This document shows, one piece after another, positions 38,477 through 47,390 of a stretch of 64,000 nt of DNA. The stretch is from Candidatus Omnitrophota bacterium. GTDB taxonomy: Bacteria; Omnitrophota; Gorgyraeia; B26-G9. The stretch lies in assembly GCA_018817165.1 (NCBI GenBank), contig JAHITY010000114.1, positions 17,721 to 81,720 on the forward strand, written 5' to 3'. The position numbers and the translations under genes were made by a program. The notes beneath the pieces are model-generated. The model made no database searches and was not told where the DNA came from. It saw only the letters and a list, made by a program, of their open reading frames with translations. How positions within the stretch are numbered: position 1 is the stretch's first letter; the number at the start of each line of letters is the position of its first letter.

Positions 38477-39514
38477 ATGAATAAAAAAGTATTGATTGCC
38501 GGAGGTGCGGGATTTTTAGGTTGCAGAGTGAGTGAGTATTTACTGCAAAATGGATTTGATATAAAAATCATAGATAATACACAGGAGAACGTGTCCATTC
38601 CTGATAGTGTTGAGTTTGTTCGGGGGGATATTAGAGATTATGATTTTTTACAGCAGGAGCTTTTGGGTATAGATTATGTTATTAATGCTATAGGCATACA
38701 ACCGTTTTCTGATTCAAAAGATATCTATTCTGTTAATGTTGAAGGGACGAGAAGTCTGCTTAAAGCATCAAAAGAGCATAGCGTGAAGCGGTTCGTGCAT
38801 ATTTCTTCATCGGCGGTTTATGGGATTCCTGAATTTTCACTTTTGAGTGAAGAGTATCCTTTTAAAGGGAAGGGGGCTCACTGTGAAAGTAAAATATTAG
38901 CTGAACAGAATTGTGAAAGCTTTCGTAAACAAGGGATGGTTGTAACTATTTTTCGGGCACCGCCGCTTATTGGACCAGGAAGGTTGGGAATATTCAGTGT
39001 TTTTTTTAATTGGGTAGAAGAAAAGCGCGCTATACCTTTGATAGGAAGGGGAAATAATAAGATACAATTTTTGGGTGTTGATGATTTATGTGATGCGATA
39101 CTCAAAGCTTTGATGTCTTCGGAAGAGAAGGTCAATGATACTTTTAATATTGGAGCAGAAGATTTTAACTCAATAAAGGATGATTTAACTGCTTTTATTA
39201 AAGGTGAAAATTCTTATGCTAAAATAATAAGTTTTCCTTCGGGCTTCATTAAGTTTATATTGATTGTATTTGAGAAATTAAAAATATCTCCTTTTTATAA
39301 GGGGGTTTATGAAATATTTGATAAAGATATTTCCTTGTCTGTTAAGAAAATCAATAAGCAATTATCCTGGAGAGCAAAACAAAGTAATGTCGATGCCTTG
39401 AGAAGCGGATATAAATGGTATTTAAAGAATAAAGACTTACCAGAATATTTAAAGAATACAAATAGAGGCTATATGAGACAGGGGATTTTAGGAATCGTCA
39501 GAAGATTATTTTAA
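38477..39514 (+). CDS. NAD-dependent epimerase/dehydratase (extended SDR)
   Basis: GGAGFLG, GDIRD, NVEGT, HISSSAVYG, HCESK in place of YxxxK. ATG 38477 is preferred. Confidence 0.88.
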   Translation: MNKKVLIAGGAGFLGCRVSEYLLQNGFDIKIIDNTQENVSIPDSVEFVRGDIRDYDFLQQELLGIDYVINAIGIQPFSDSKDIYSVNVEGTRSLLKASKEHSVKRFVHISSSAVYGIPEFSLLSEEYPFKGKGAHCESKILAEQNCESFRKQGMVVTIFRAPPLIGPGRLGIFSVFFNWVEEKRAIPLIGRGNNKIQFLGVDDLCDAILKALMSSEEKVNDTFNIGAEDFNSIKDDLTAFIKGENSYAKIISFPSGFIKFILIVFEKLKISPFYKGVYEIFDKDISLSVKKINKQLSWRAKQSNVDALRSGYKWYLKNKDLPEYLKNTNRGYMRQGILGIVRRLF

Positions 39515-40957
39515 TAATTTTCTTATATATATTTTTAAAAGAAGAAAAATTATTCTAAATTGCTGTATTATTATTGAATAAGTGAACTTGGATTTAAGCA
39601 TTTTTAAAATATATGCTGGTCTTAGGTAAAATGCATGCATTGTTTTTTTTGACCAGCTGGTTAATTCTTCGTATGATAAATCAGTTTCTTGTGGTTTCCA
39701 CATGTGTGCAGGTATATCTTTACCTAAATAAGATTCTAGCCAAAGATCTCTTCCGGTATTTAGTTTTATATTCTCAGCCATATATGTTTCAGGTAAAGCA
39801 AGTACTACATTGAATTGAGCGAAATGCAAAGGTATTTCCTTGGCGAAATTAATAGTGTCTTCAATAGTCTTAGAAGTTTCTCCCTTGTTCCCAATCATGA
39901 AAAATCCAAGAGTAAGAAGTCCTTTTTTTTCAGTCAGGGTGACAGCTGTTCTTATTTGCTCTAATGTTATTTTTCGGTTTAAATTATTGAGGATTGTTTG
40001 ATTTCCTGATTCAATGCCATAGTGTATGCTAATACACCCTGCTTCGACGAGCTTGTCAATTATCTCTTCATCAACTAAATCAACGCGTGTGCGGATGACC
40101 CATTTTACTTTAAGACGTTTTTTTATGATAAGATTACATAAATCTATGGTTTTTTTTCTATCGATAGTAAATGTCGAATCAAGGAATGCAATTTCTTTGA
40201 TCTTATATTTATTTTGACACTCTTCCATCTCGAGTACTATTTTTTCATTGCTGCTTGATTGATATTTAATTGTTTTATCAATACAATATGTGCAAGAATA
40301 TGGACAACCAATGCTTGCAGTCATGGTTGTGAATTTATCATGTAATGTTAATGCACTATTATAAATATTATTGTCAATAAGTTCTCTTGCTGGCATCGGT
40401 AATAGGTTAAAGTCAAATTGATTCTCATCTTCGGTTTTTACTGTTTTCCCGTCGGAGGTCCTGTATATTATTCCTTTTATATTGTTTGTGGCTTGATTTC
40501 TGGCTATTTTATCAATTAATTCAGTGCTGGCTGTAAATCCTTTTCCGGTTAAAGCATAATCAATATGTTTATTGAGAATTGTTTGTTCAGGGTAAAGCCG
40601 CGGGAAATGACCGCGAGCTATTAGCTTGCAGTTAAGATTATCCTTAAGTATTTTGAGTGATTTAAACTCATTTTGAGGGTTAAATATGTTTATAGTAGAA
40701 AATAGTATGTCAGGCTGAAATTTCTTGCATAGTTTTAGTATTTTTTCGACTGTTAACCCTGCTAATTCACCATCAAGAAGCAAAATATCATGGCCCTGTT
40801 TTTTAAACAAGCTGGCCTGGTAAAGAAGACCGAGCGGGGGGTAACGCACAAACCATTCACAATAAAGGTGTGCCCCCAAGTATCCTCCAGGACTAGTGAT
40901 CCGTGAGGCACTTGATTGATTATATGCTATTGGCAATCTTAGTAAAATAATTCTCAT
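39506..40957 (-). CDS. B12-binding radical SAM protein (reverse strand)
   Basis: PPLGLLYQAS, SIGCPYSCTYC, FLDSTFT, YGIESG, GFFMIGNKGET; 9-nt convergent overlap with the epimerase. Confidence 0.88.
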   Translation of the reverse strand: MRIILLRLPIAYNQSSASRITSPGGYLGAHLYCEWFVRYPPLGLLYQASLFKKQGHDILLLDGELAGLTVEKILKLCKKFQPDILFSTINIFNPQNEFKSLKILKDNLNCKLIARGHFPRLYPEQTILNKHIDYALTGKGFTASTELIDKIARNQATNNIKGIIYRTSDGKTVKTEDENQFDFNLLPMPARELIDNNIYNSALTLHDKFTTMTASIGCPYSCTYCIDKTIKYQSSSNEKIVLEMEECQNKYKIKEIAFLDSTFTIDRKKTIDLCNLIIKKRLKVKWVIRTRVDLVDEEIIDKLVEAGCISIHYGIESGNQTILNNLNRKITLEQIRTAVTLTEKKGLLTLGFFMIGNKGETSKTIEDTINFAKEIPLHFAQFNVVLALPETYMAENIKLNTGRDLWLESYLGKDIPAHMWKPQETDLSYEELTSWSKKTMHAFYLRPAYILKMLKSKFTYSIIIQQFRIIFLLLKIYIRKLLK

Positions 40958-41250
40958 AGTTTAATAGGATACAAAATTCTATTTTAAAATACAAGCTTTT
41001 ATAAAATATATGTTACATTATCTAAAATAATAGACATCTAATAATCCGAGAAATATCTATGTTATACACAAGCATTGTGGTATACTTTTTTGAGAATAGC
41101 CTGAAAGTATTAAAGGTATGGCCAATTTAAGAGAAAATACACGCTCTTCCGCATATATTTTTCATAGAATAAGCTCCTTTCTTTATGAGCCTATTCTAAC
41201 TTAAATCATCCTTTTTGTTAATGGGAGTAGTATAAATTTGAATGTAAATA

Positions 41251-42090
41251 ATGTTTAAAAATAAACAAATATTTATTATTATTTCATTAGTTTTTTTAAT
41301 TTTCAGCGTAAATAGTTTTGCTGCAGAAGTTGAAAAATATGATTGTTTTACTCTTCTGCCTTGGGCTGTTGGACAATTTGTTGAGTATCAAATTATAGGT
41401 ATTGAAAATGGGGGAGTAGAAGATCGATATAAAGTCAGTGTGATCGGGGAAGAAACAGTTGATAATGAAACATTTTTTTGGATCAGATTTGAGATTATAA
41501 AAAATAGACAGCTTCAAATTGCTTTTAAAGCATTGGTATTACCATTAAGTGAAACAGAATTCGCAAGAAACCCAGAAATTTATCTTTCGCAATGGCTGAT
41601 GTGGCTTTTGAGTCATTCTAAACAGTTGATTTTGGAATTGCCAAATAATCAGTTATTTAAAGTTGACAGTAAAGAGTTCTTTAAAAAAGCTGATGAGTTT
41701 TTGGGTGATTCCTTCTTTAATGAAATTTCGTATGAGAAAAGCGAAGTGGATTATTCCAAGTTAACCTATGATGATTCCAAGGTGAATATCTGTGTGTTAG
41801 CGGGAGTATTTGATTGTTTTCGTTTTCTAGTTAGAACTACGCCTCAGGATAGTTTTGATGATGAAGGGATAGATTTATGGCGATCTGAAAAGGTTCCTTT
41901 TTTAGGCATAGTAAAAATGGAATTTTCTATTGTTGGTTATAAAGAAAAGAATCGAATGCGGGAGATTAAGCGCGCTGCTAGTAATGATTGGTTAGCTAAA
42001 ATCTACAATCATTTTTTTAGTCAGCGGATTCCGTATCGAGAACGGAAAGATATTCATATAATGGAATTGGTTGATTTCAAGTCTAATTAG
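41251..42090 (+). CDS. Exported hypothetical protein
   Basis: Signal peptide ending SFA-A; W-x-VGQFVEY, AGVFDC, W-x-S-x-x-VPFLGIVK beta-rich pattern. Confidence 0.7.
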   Translation: MFKNKQIFIIISLVFLIFSVNSFAAEVEKYDCFTLLPWAVGQFVEYQIIGIENGGVEDRYKVSVIGEETVDNETFFWIRFEIIKNRQLQIAFKALVLPLSETEFARNPEIYLSQWLMWLLSHSKQLILELPNNQLFKVDSKEFFKKADEFLGDSFFNEISYEKSEVDYSKLTYDDSKVNICVLAGVFDCFRFLVRTTPQDSFDDEGIDLWRSEKVPFLGIVKMEFSIVGYKEKNRMREIKRAASNDWLAKIYNHFFSQRIPYRERKDIHIMELVDFKSN

Positions 42091-42100
42091 GTATATGTTC

Positions 42101-43921
42101 ATGATTAAAAAACAGCATTGTGCGAATAGTATTTCAATATTCCTGTTATTAGTTGCTCTTATTACAATTTACAACCTCCCTTTATTGCTCAATTTGGATA
42201 AAGCCTTTTTTCCCGTTCAGAAAAACTATATTAATACTACTTATTTTACATATTTTTTTGCTTATTTCTATCACTATTCTATTACACTGTCACATCATTT
42301 TCCTTTTTGGTGTTCTTTTTACGAGGGGGGGTCCCCTTGGATTAGTCATCCTGCAGACATAAGTTTAAATCCGTTTTCTTTGGTATTGTTGGTATTTGGA
42401 GTTATTAAAGGCTTAAATTTAGCAAGCTATCTTTTTTCTGTTATAGGCGCGGGGTCAATGTATGTTTTAATGAGGAAGGTCTTTAGGTTACCGAAATTTG
42501 GAGCAGTTTACTCTGCTATTGTGTTTTCGATGAGCGGATTTTTTGCATATATGCAAGCTAATGGTTATCTTTATGCTAGAGATACATTGCTGTTGCCATT
42601 ATTAATGATATCTTTTTTGAAGTCTAGGAATGACAAAAGGTTTATTTTTGTTTCTGCTTATTTTTTAGCATTTCTATTTATGCAATCTTGTTTGTATTTT
42701 CCAGTAATAGTTTTATTTCTTTTTTTTATTGTAATGTCTGACTCTTTTATGATTAATAAAAAAACTATATGTTTTGATAAAAAATATTTCATTGTTTTTG
42801 GGGTAACGATAACTCTGGCTCTTTTATATTCTATGCCAAAACTTTTACCGCTATTAAATGACTTAAATATTCAAACTGTGGCTGAAAAATTTGATTATAC
42901 CATGAGGATAAGCCAGGCTAATACATTCCCTTTATTATTGAAACATATTTTGAAGCCGGTAGATTCTAGTGCCGGAACAATGTTTATGGGGGTTTTGCCC
43001 TTGTTTTTATGTACGGTTTCAATAGTAATACTATTTAGCCGATTAAAAAAGTGGATTTTTGTGTTAGCTGTTTTTATTTGGCTTTCTTTGGGGCCTAACG
43101 CTATTATTGACTTACATTATATATTTTGGCATCTGCCAATTTTTAAGTCAATTAGGGAAATATCAAAATATTATGCTTTAATTTTAGTTTTTCTTATAAG
43201 TTTAATCAGCGGACACTTTTTTATCATTTTAAAAAATAATGCATCTTCAAAAAAATATCATATTATTTCTCTAGTAATAATTGTTCTCACATATCTAAAT
43301 TTGTGTTGGGCAAATGCGGGGTATTTTAATGTTTATAAACAAAAAATCACGGATAAATTCTCCCTTAAGAATGTTACTTATGTTAAGGCTATGAATATGC
43401 ATCTTGCCGATGATAGTTCTATACTGCCATTAAGATTAGCATTATTTTTTAAGGGGTACGGCATTGTTGGGGCTAAAGTGTGGGATCCGTATTTAGATTT
43501 CTCTTCAAATATAATCCCGGAATATTTTGTTTTAACACAGTATGCTTTTTTATCTCCCAGTACTAAGGCTATTTTTATTAAAAACCCTGGATATAAAGGT
43601 GAAGTATGGTTTTTAGATGATGCGAATATCGTAAAAGCATATTCAAATTATCAATCAAAGATTGAGGTTCAAGTTGTTGTTAATAAACCGGGGGGAATGT
43701 TTATTAATCAAAGTTATTCGCATAGGTGGAGTGTAAATGAGGGGGAGATTTTCAATAGAGATAATAGACTTTTTATAGTCCTTGATCGGGTGGGACAATA
43801 TAAAATAGTGTTAAGGTATATTCCTATATATTTTTATGCGGGATTGTTTATTTGTTTTGTCTCAGTTTTTGGTTCTATATTTATTTTTTTTAAGATATCT
43901 AAACGAAAAGTTAGCGCGTAA
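42101..43921 (+). CDS. YfhO-like multi-TM membrane protein (probable GT-C)
   Basis: FPFWCSFYEGGSP, YSAIVFSMSG, MPKLLP, FMGVLP, WLSLG, periplasmic C-terminal domain with final TM. Start is 42095 or 42101. Confidence 0.72.
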   Translation: MIKKQHCANSISIFLLLVALITIYNLPLLLNLDKAFFPVQKNYINTTYFTYFFAYFYHYSITLSHHFPFWCSFYEGGSPWISHPADISLNPFSLVLLVFGVIKGLNLASYLFSVIGAGSMYVLMRKVFRLPKFGAVYSAIVFSMSGFFAYMQANGYLYARDTLLLPLLMISFLKSRNDKRFIFVSAYFLAFLFMQSCLYFPVIVLFLFFIVMSDSFMINKKTICFDKKYFIVFGVTITLALLYSMPKLLPLLNDLNIQTVAEKFDYTMRISQANTFPLLLKHILKPVDSSAGTMFMGVLPLFLCTVSIVILFSRLKKWIFVLAVFIWLSLGPNAIIDLHYIFWHLPIFKSIREISKYYALILVFLISLISGHFFIILKNNASSKKYHIISLVIIVLTYLNLCWANAGYFNVYKQKITDKFSLKNVTYVKAMNMHLADDSSILPLRLALFFKGYGIVGAKVWDPYLDFSSNIIPEYFVLTQYAFLSPSTKAIFIKNPGYKGEVWFLDDANIVKAYSNYQSKIEVQVVVNKPGGMFINQSYSHRWSVNEGEIFNRDNRLFIVLDRVGQYKIVLRYIPIYFYAGLFICFVSVFGSIFIFFKISKRKVSA

Positions 43922-44069
43922 ATTGTTAGTTTTTGTAAAATCTTATTAAATTTAAAAAAATGAAAGCAGTCGGTTTAAGTTTGGTGTAAAGAAAAATCCT
44001 GAGTAAATGTGAAATAATTGGGATGAGCATAGTATAAAAAAGAATAAGGGTATAGGGGGAAATATACTA

Positions 44070-44099
44070 TTGACAACTTATATTTTTTTGCTGTAGATT
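44070..44099 (+). promoter_or_regulatory. Possible sigma70 promoter upstream of 44237
   Basis: TTGACA-18 nt-TAGATT in an AT-rich intergenic gap. Confidence 0.4.
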
Positions 44100-44236
44100 T
44101 CTAAAGAATAGGATTGTGGCTGTCCATCCGGTTAAATGAATGTATAATGGTCTTAAAGAAATAGACAACTTTTTAATTATGAACGAATTATGGGAGTAAA
44201 AATTTTTTTCTTGAAGTAATAAAGTTAAGGTAAATT

Positions 44237-45508
44237 ATGAAAATAATGCTAATCCAGCCAGATAGAAGGCGGCATAGATCTTTTTTGGAGCAACCTCTTG
44301 CCATAGCGATTTTAGCTGCATTAACCCCTAAAGATATTGAAGTGGAATTTTATGATGAGGGTTTGGAAAAAATTCCTTATTATAGGAAAACAGATTTAGT
44401 TGCTATAACGGTAAATATTTTTACTGCTAAAAAAGCTTACGAAATTTCCCGCGAATTTAAAAAGTATAATGTGCCGGTGGTTTTAGGAGGGATTCATCCG
44501 TCATTGGTTCCAGAAGAAGCAATTCAGTATTGTGATTCTGTGGCTATTGGAGAAGCTGAGGAAATATGGTTAAAGATAATTGGCGATCTTAAAATTAATA
44601 AGTTGAAAAGGTTCTATGTCAGTTCAGGCCGTGCAGAATTAGATGGGATTTTACCTATGAGAGATATTTTTAAAGGTAAAAAGTATTTACCATATCATTT
44701 GGTGGAATTTGGAAGAGGATGCCGGCATAGTTGTAGTTTTTGTGCAGTAAGTTCTTTTTATAAAAGCACCTATACTCATAGGTCGATAAAAGATTTAATT
44801 CGTGAGATTAAAGGACTTGAGCGGGGAAAATTATTCTGTTTTGTAGATGATAATATAGCTATGGATTCGGAAGTTACCAAGAATATGCTTAGGGAACTTT
44901 GTAAACTGAACGTAAAATGGATGGGGCAGGCTAGTACGAAAATTATTTACGATAAGGAGCTGCTAGATTTAATGGCGAAAAGTGGTTGTCTTTGGTTGCA
45001 TATTGGGTTTGAAGCGATAGATAATCAAACACTTAAGAGGTACAATAAACATCATAATTTAGGGGTAGATTATGGTGAATTAGTGAACCAACTTAGGGAA
45101 AGAGGCATTTCTGTGCACGGAACATTTATTTTTGATTGGAAACATTCTGATCAATTGATTTTTTCTAGAACACTTGAGTTCGCTTTGAAATATAAACTTT
45201 TTTATGCAGGGTTTAATTTGTATTCTCCTATTCCTGGGACTCCATTGTATAAGGAATTGTTATTGAATGGAGAGATTTGTTCGGAGCCGTGGTGGTTGAT
45301 TGGTAATCGTGAATTCGTAAATAAAATGGTGGGGATGGAAAGAATTAAACAAGAATGTACTAATATTTCTATGAAGTTTTACAAGGTGACATCAATACTT
45401 AGAAGAGTTGAGTTTAAAGCTAATTTTCGGAGTTGTTTTAAGGCTCTATTTTTTCTCTTTATAAATTTTATAAAGAAAATTGGTTGTGCCAAAAAGAAAA
45501 ATATTTAA
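44237..45508 (+). CDS. B12-binding radical SAM protein
   Basis: PLAIAILAALTP, VLGGIHPS, IGEAE, GRGCRHSCSFC, FVDDNI, IGFE, SPIPGTPLY. Confidence 0.9.
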   Translation: MKIMLIQPDRRRHRSFLEQPLAIAILAALTPKDIEVEFYDEGLEKIPYYRKTDLVAITVNIFTAKKAYEISREFKKYNVPVVLGGIHPSLVPEEAIQYCDSVAIGEAEEIWLKIIGDLKINKLKRFYVSSGRAELDGILPMRDIFKGKKYLPYHLVEFGRGCRHSCSFCAVSSFYKSTYTHRSIKDLIREIKGLERGKLFCFVDDNIAMDSEVTKNMLRELCKLNVKWMGQASTKIIYDKELLDLMAKSGCLWLHIGFEAIDNQTLKRYNKHHNLGVDYGELVNQLRERGISVHGTFIFDWKHSDQLIFSRTLEFALKYKLFYAGFNLYSPIPGTPLYKELLLNGEICSEPWWLIGNREFVNKMVGMERIKQECTNISMKFYKVTSILRRVEFKANFRSCFKALFFLFINFIKKIGCAKKKNI

Positions 45509-45645
45509 TTATAATTACCAGAGAATACAGAGGAATAATATGAATAGACTATTGGTAAAATTCCTCGCAGTATTGAATATTTTAATGTCTTTAGGCTTCG
45601 GGGTTTAGGCTTTGCTTTGCGTGGTACTGGTCTCCAATTTATCAT
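45505..45645 (-). CDS. Small ORF, 46 aa, MINWRPVPRKAKPKPRSLKTLKYSILRGILPIVYSYYSSVFSGNYN
   Basis: Manual translation; shares NWRPVPRK..KPKP with 47241-47300 through synonymous codons. Confidence 0.45.
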   Translation of the reverse strand: MINWRPVPRKAKPKPRSLKTLKYSILRGILPIVYSYYSSVFSGNYN

Positions 45646-45831
45646 AATTATATAAATTTATTTTGCTTATAAATCAGCACTAATTATTGTGATTTTCAAT
45701 ATATAAAGTTTAAAAATATAGTTATTTGGAAATATATTGGCAAATACATAACAAAAGGAGCACTGCAAAAAGAAGCTATTCTCATGCTATGGTTGCGGAA
45801 AAGCGTATGAAATCGGCTAGTATGCATTGCA

Positions 45832-46056
45832 GGAATTAAGCAAGTGAAATCAGATGGACTGGTAAAAGAGATAATTATTGTATATGATAATTCTGAAGAT
45901 AATCTAAAATCTATCTTTCGGGATATTAATTCTTTGGATATAATAAAACTATATCATTTTTATAATTAAGGAAATGCTTCGGTTATTAAAACTAGTTTAG
46001 AGAAATCTCCCTGTGATATTGTCTTGATTCAAGATGGGGATATTGAACCCAACTAG
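45832..46056 (+). pseudogene. Degraded fragment of a DPM1-like GT2, paralog of 48983
   Basis: Translates as KEIIIVYDNSEDNLKSIF...DIIKLYHFYN*GNASVIKT...DIVLIQDGDIE, versus KEIIIVDDSSNDRSKSIF...DIIKLYHKHNQGKAAAIKT...DLILIQDGDLE. In-frame TAA at the Q position, then truncation. Confidence 0.8.
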
Positions 46057-46113
46057 TATTATGCTTATTAGCTATATGTTTTAGGTTTTTAATATAAAAG
46101 GAAACGATTCATT

Positions 46114-47106
46114 ATGAGGATAAAAGATAAGATTTATTGTGCTTATTCTATTTTAAAATCTAGGATTTTGAATGTTAGAATTCCTTTGGCTGTGCGTTGG
46201 CAATTGACAAATAAATGCACCTTGCGTTGTAAGTATTGCAATATCTATGATAAGGGGGGTAGCGAATTAGGCTTAAGTCAGGTAAAGGATGTTTTATGTC
46301 AGTTGAAAGGTTTGGGAACAAAACGCATATCTTTTAGTGGTGGGGATGTTTTGTTAAGAGACGATTTTTCTGAAATACTAGACTGCTGTATCGATTATGG
46401 TATTTATCCGGAGTTAAATTGTAACGGTGTTTTATTTTACGACAAAGCGCATAAGCTAAAAAAACTGGATTTTGTTAAGTTTAGTTTGGATGGACCGAAG
46501 CAGGTGCATGATTCTTTGAGAGGGGATGGGTCATTTGATAAGGTTATGAAATCTGTTGAGGCTTGCTTGAAAAACAAAATAAAATTTGGATTTGCGATGA
46601 CATTAACAAAATTCAATATTAATGATTTAGATTTCTTGCTGCAGACCGCTAAAAAATATGAGACTATTGTTGCTTTTCAGCCAGTTAAATCAATGCATAA
46701 AGGCATTGAAGGAATTGATGAATTTTTAGGTTCTGAAGAAGTTTTTAGAAAGGCGTTAAAGAAGCTTATCCTAGAAAAAGGAAGAGGATGTGAAAATATA
46801 CGTAATTCGATGAGGGAGTTGAAATATATTTATGATTGGCCGAATTTAAAAGAGATGAAATGCTATGCTGGGCAGATTTTTTGTATAATTGGCCCTGATG
46901 GAGATGTCTATCCTTGTGATCGGGTTGATGGTTTTATGAATAACACCATTTTGCCAAATTGTCAAAAACTGGGGATAGAAGAGGCGATAAGGCAGTTGCC
47001 TGAATTTTATTGTAAAGGGTGCGGGTTTTGCGGGGCATTAGAATTAAATCATTTAATGAATTTTAAATTCGGTGTGCTTAAGTCAATAAAAAGGATAATA
47101 TCTTGA
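46114..47106 (+). CDS. Radical SAM / Twitch-SPASM protein (paralog of 24747 and 28347)
   Basis: WQLTNKCTLRCKYC, SGGD, SLDG, CYAG...GPDGDVYPC, CKGCGFC. Confidence 0.88.
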   Translation: MRIKDKIYCAYSILKSRILNVRIPLAVRWQLTNKCTLRCKYCNIYDKGGSELGLSQVKDVLCQLKGLGTKRISFSGGDVLLRDDFSEILDCCIDYGIYPELNCNGVLFYDKAHKLKKLDFVKFSLDGPKQVHDSLRGDGSFDKVMKSVEACLKNKIKFGFAMTLTKFNINDLDFLLQTAKKYETIVAFQPVKSMHKGIEGIDEFLGSEEVFRKALKKLILEKGRGCENIRNSMRELKYIYDWPNLKEMKCYAGQIFCIIGPDGDVYPCDRVDGFMNNTILPNCQKLGIEEAIRQLPEFYCKGCGFCGALELNHLMNFKFGVLKSIKRIIS

Positions 47107-47240
47107 TTTTGTTAGTTAGCCACCAGGAATGTTTTCCCCAGTAGTCAAGGATTTTTTAAGTTAAAGCTGTTTTTATATATAGTACAATATAAATAGGGAA
47201 GAAATTAATGTTCAAAATAAAAATATTAAATGCTCTATGC

Positions 47241-47300
47241 TTATTTTGTTTCTTTAGGTTTAGGTTTTCTGGGAACTGGCCGCCAATTACGAGTGTCCAT
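47241..47300 (-). CDS. Small ORF, 19 aa, MDTRNWRPVPRKPKPKETK
   Basis: Manual translation; SD-like GAAAGGA about 8 nt upstream; paralog of 45505-45645. Confidence 0.5.
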   Translation of the reverse strand: MDTRNWRPVPRKPKPKETK

Positions 47301-47390
47301 AATAAATTTCCTTTCAGATAAAAAGTTGTTTGATATTAATAAATTATGACTGTTTTTCAACTGAATGTCAAGTAGTTTTTGGAGTTAAAT

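Noticed and set aside
41118-41203. Plus-strand 28-aa ORF MANLRENTRSSAYIFHRISSFLYEPILT
   Set aside because: No paralog, no motif and poorly spaced SD; indistinguishable from chance.
47125-47150. ggaatgttttccccagtagtcaag as a possible insertion-sequence end remnant
   Set aside because: Single short motif with no partner inverted repeat or transposase fragment seen.
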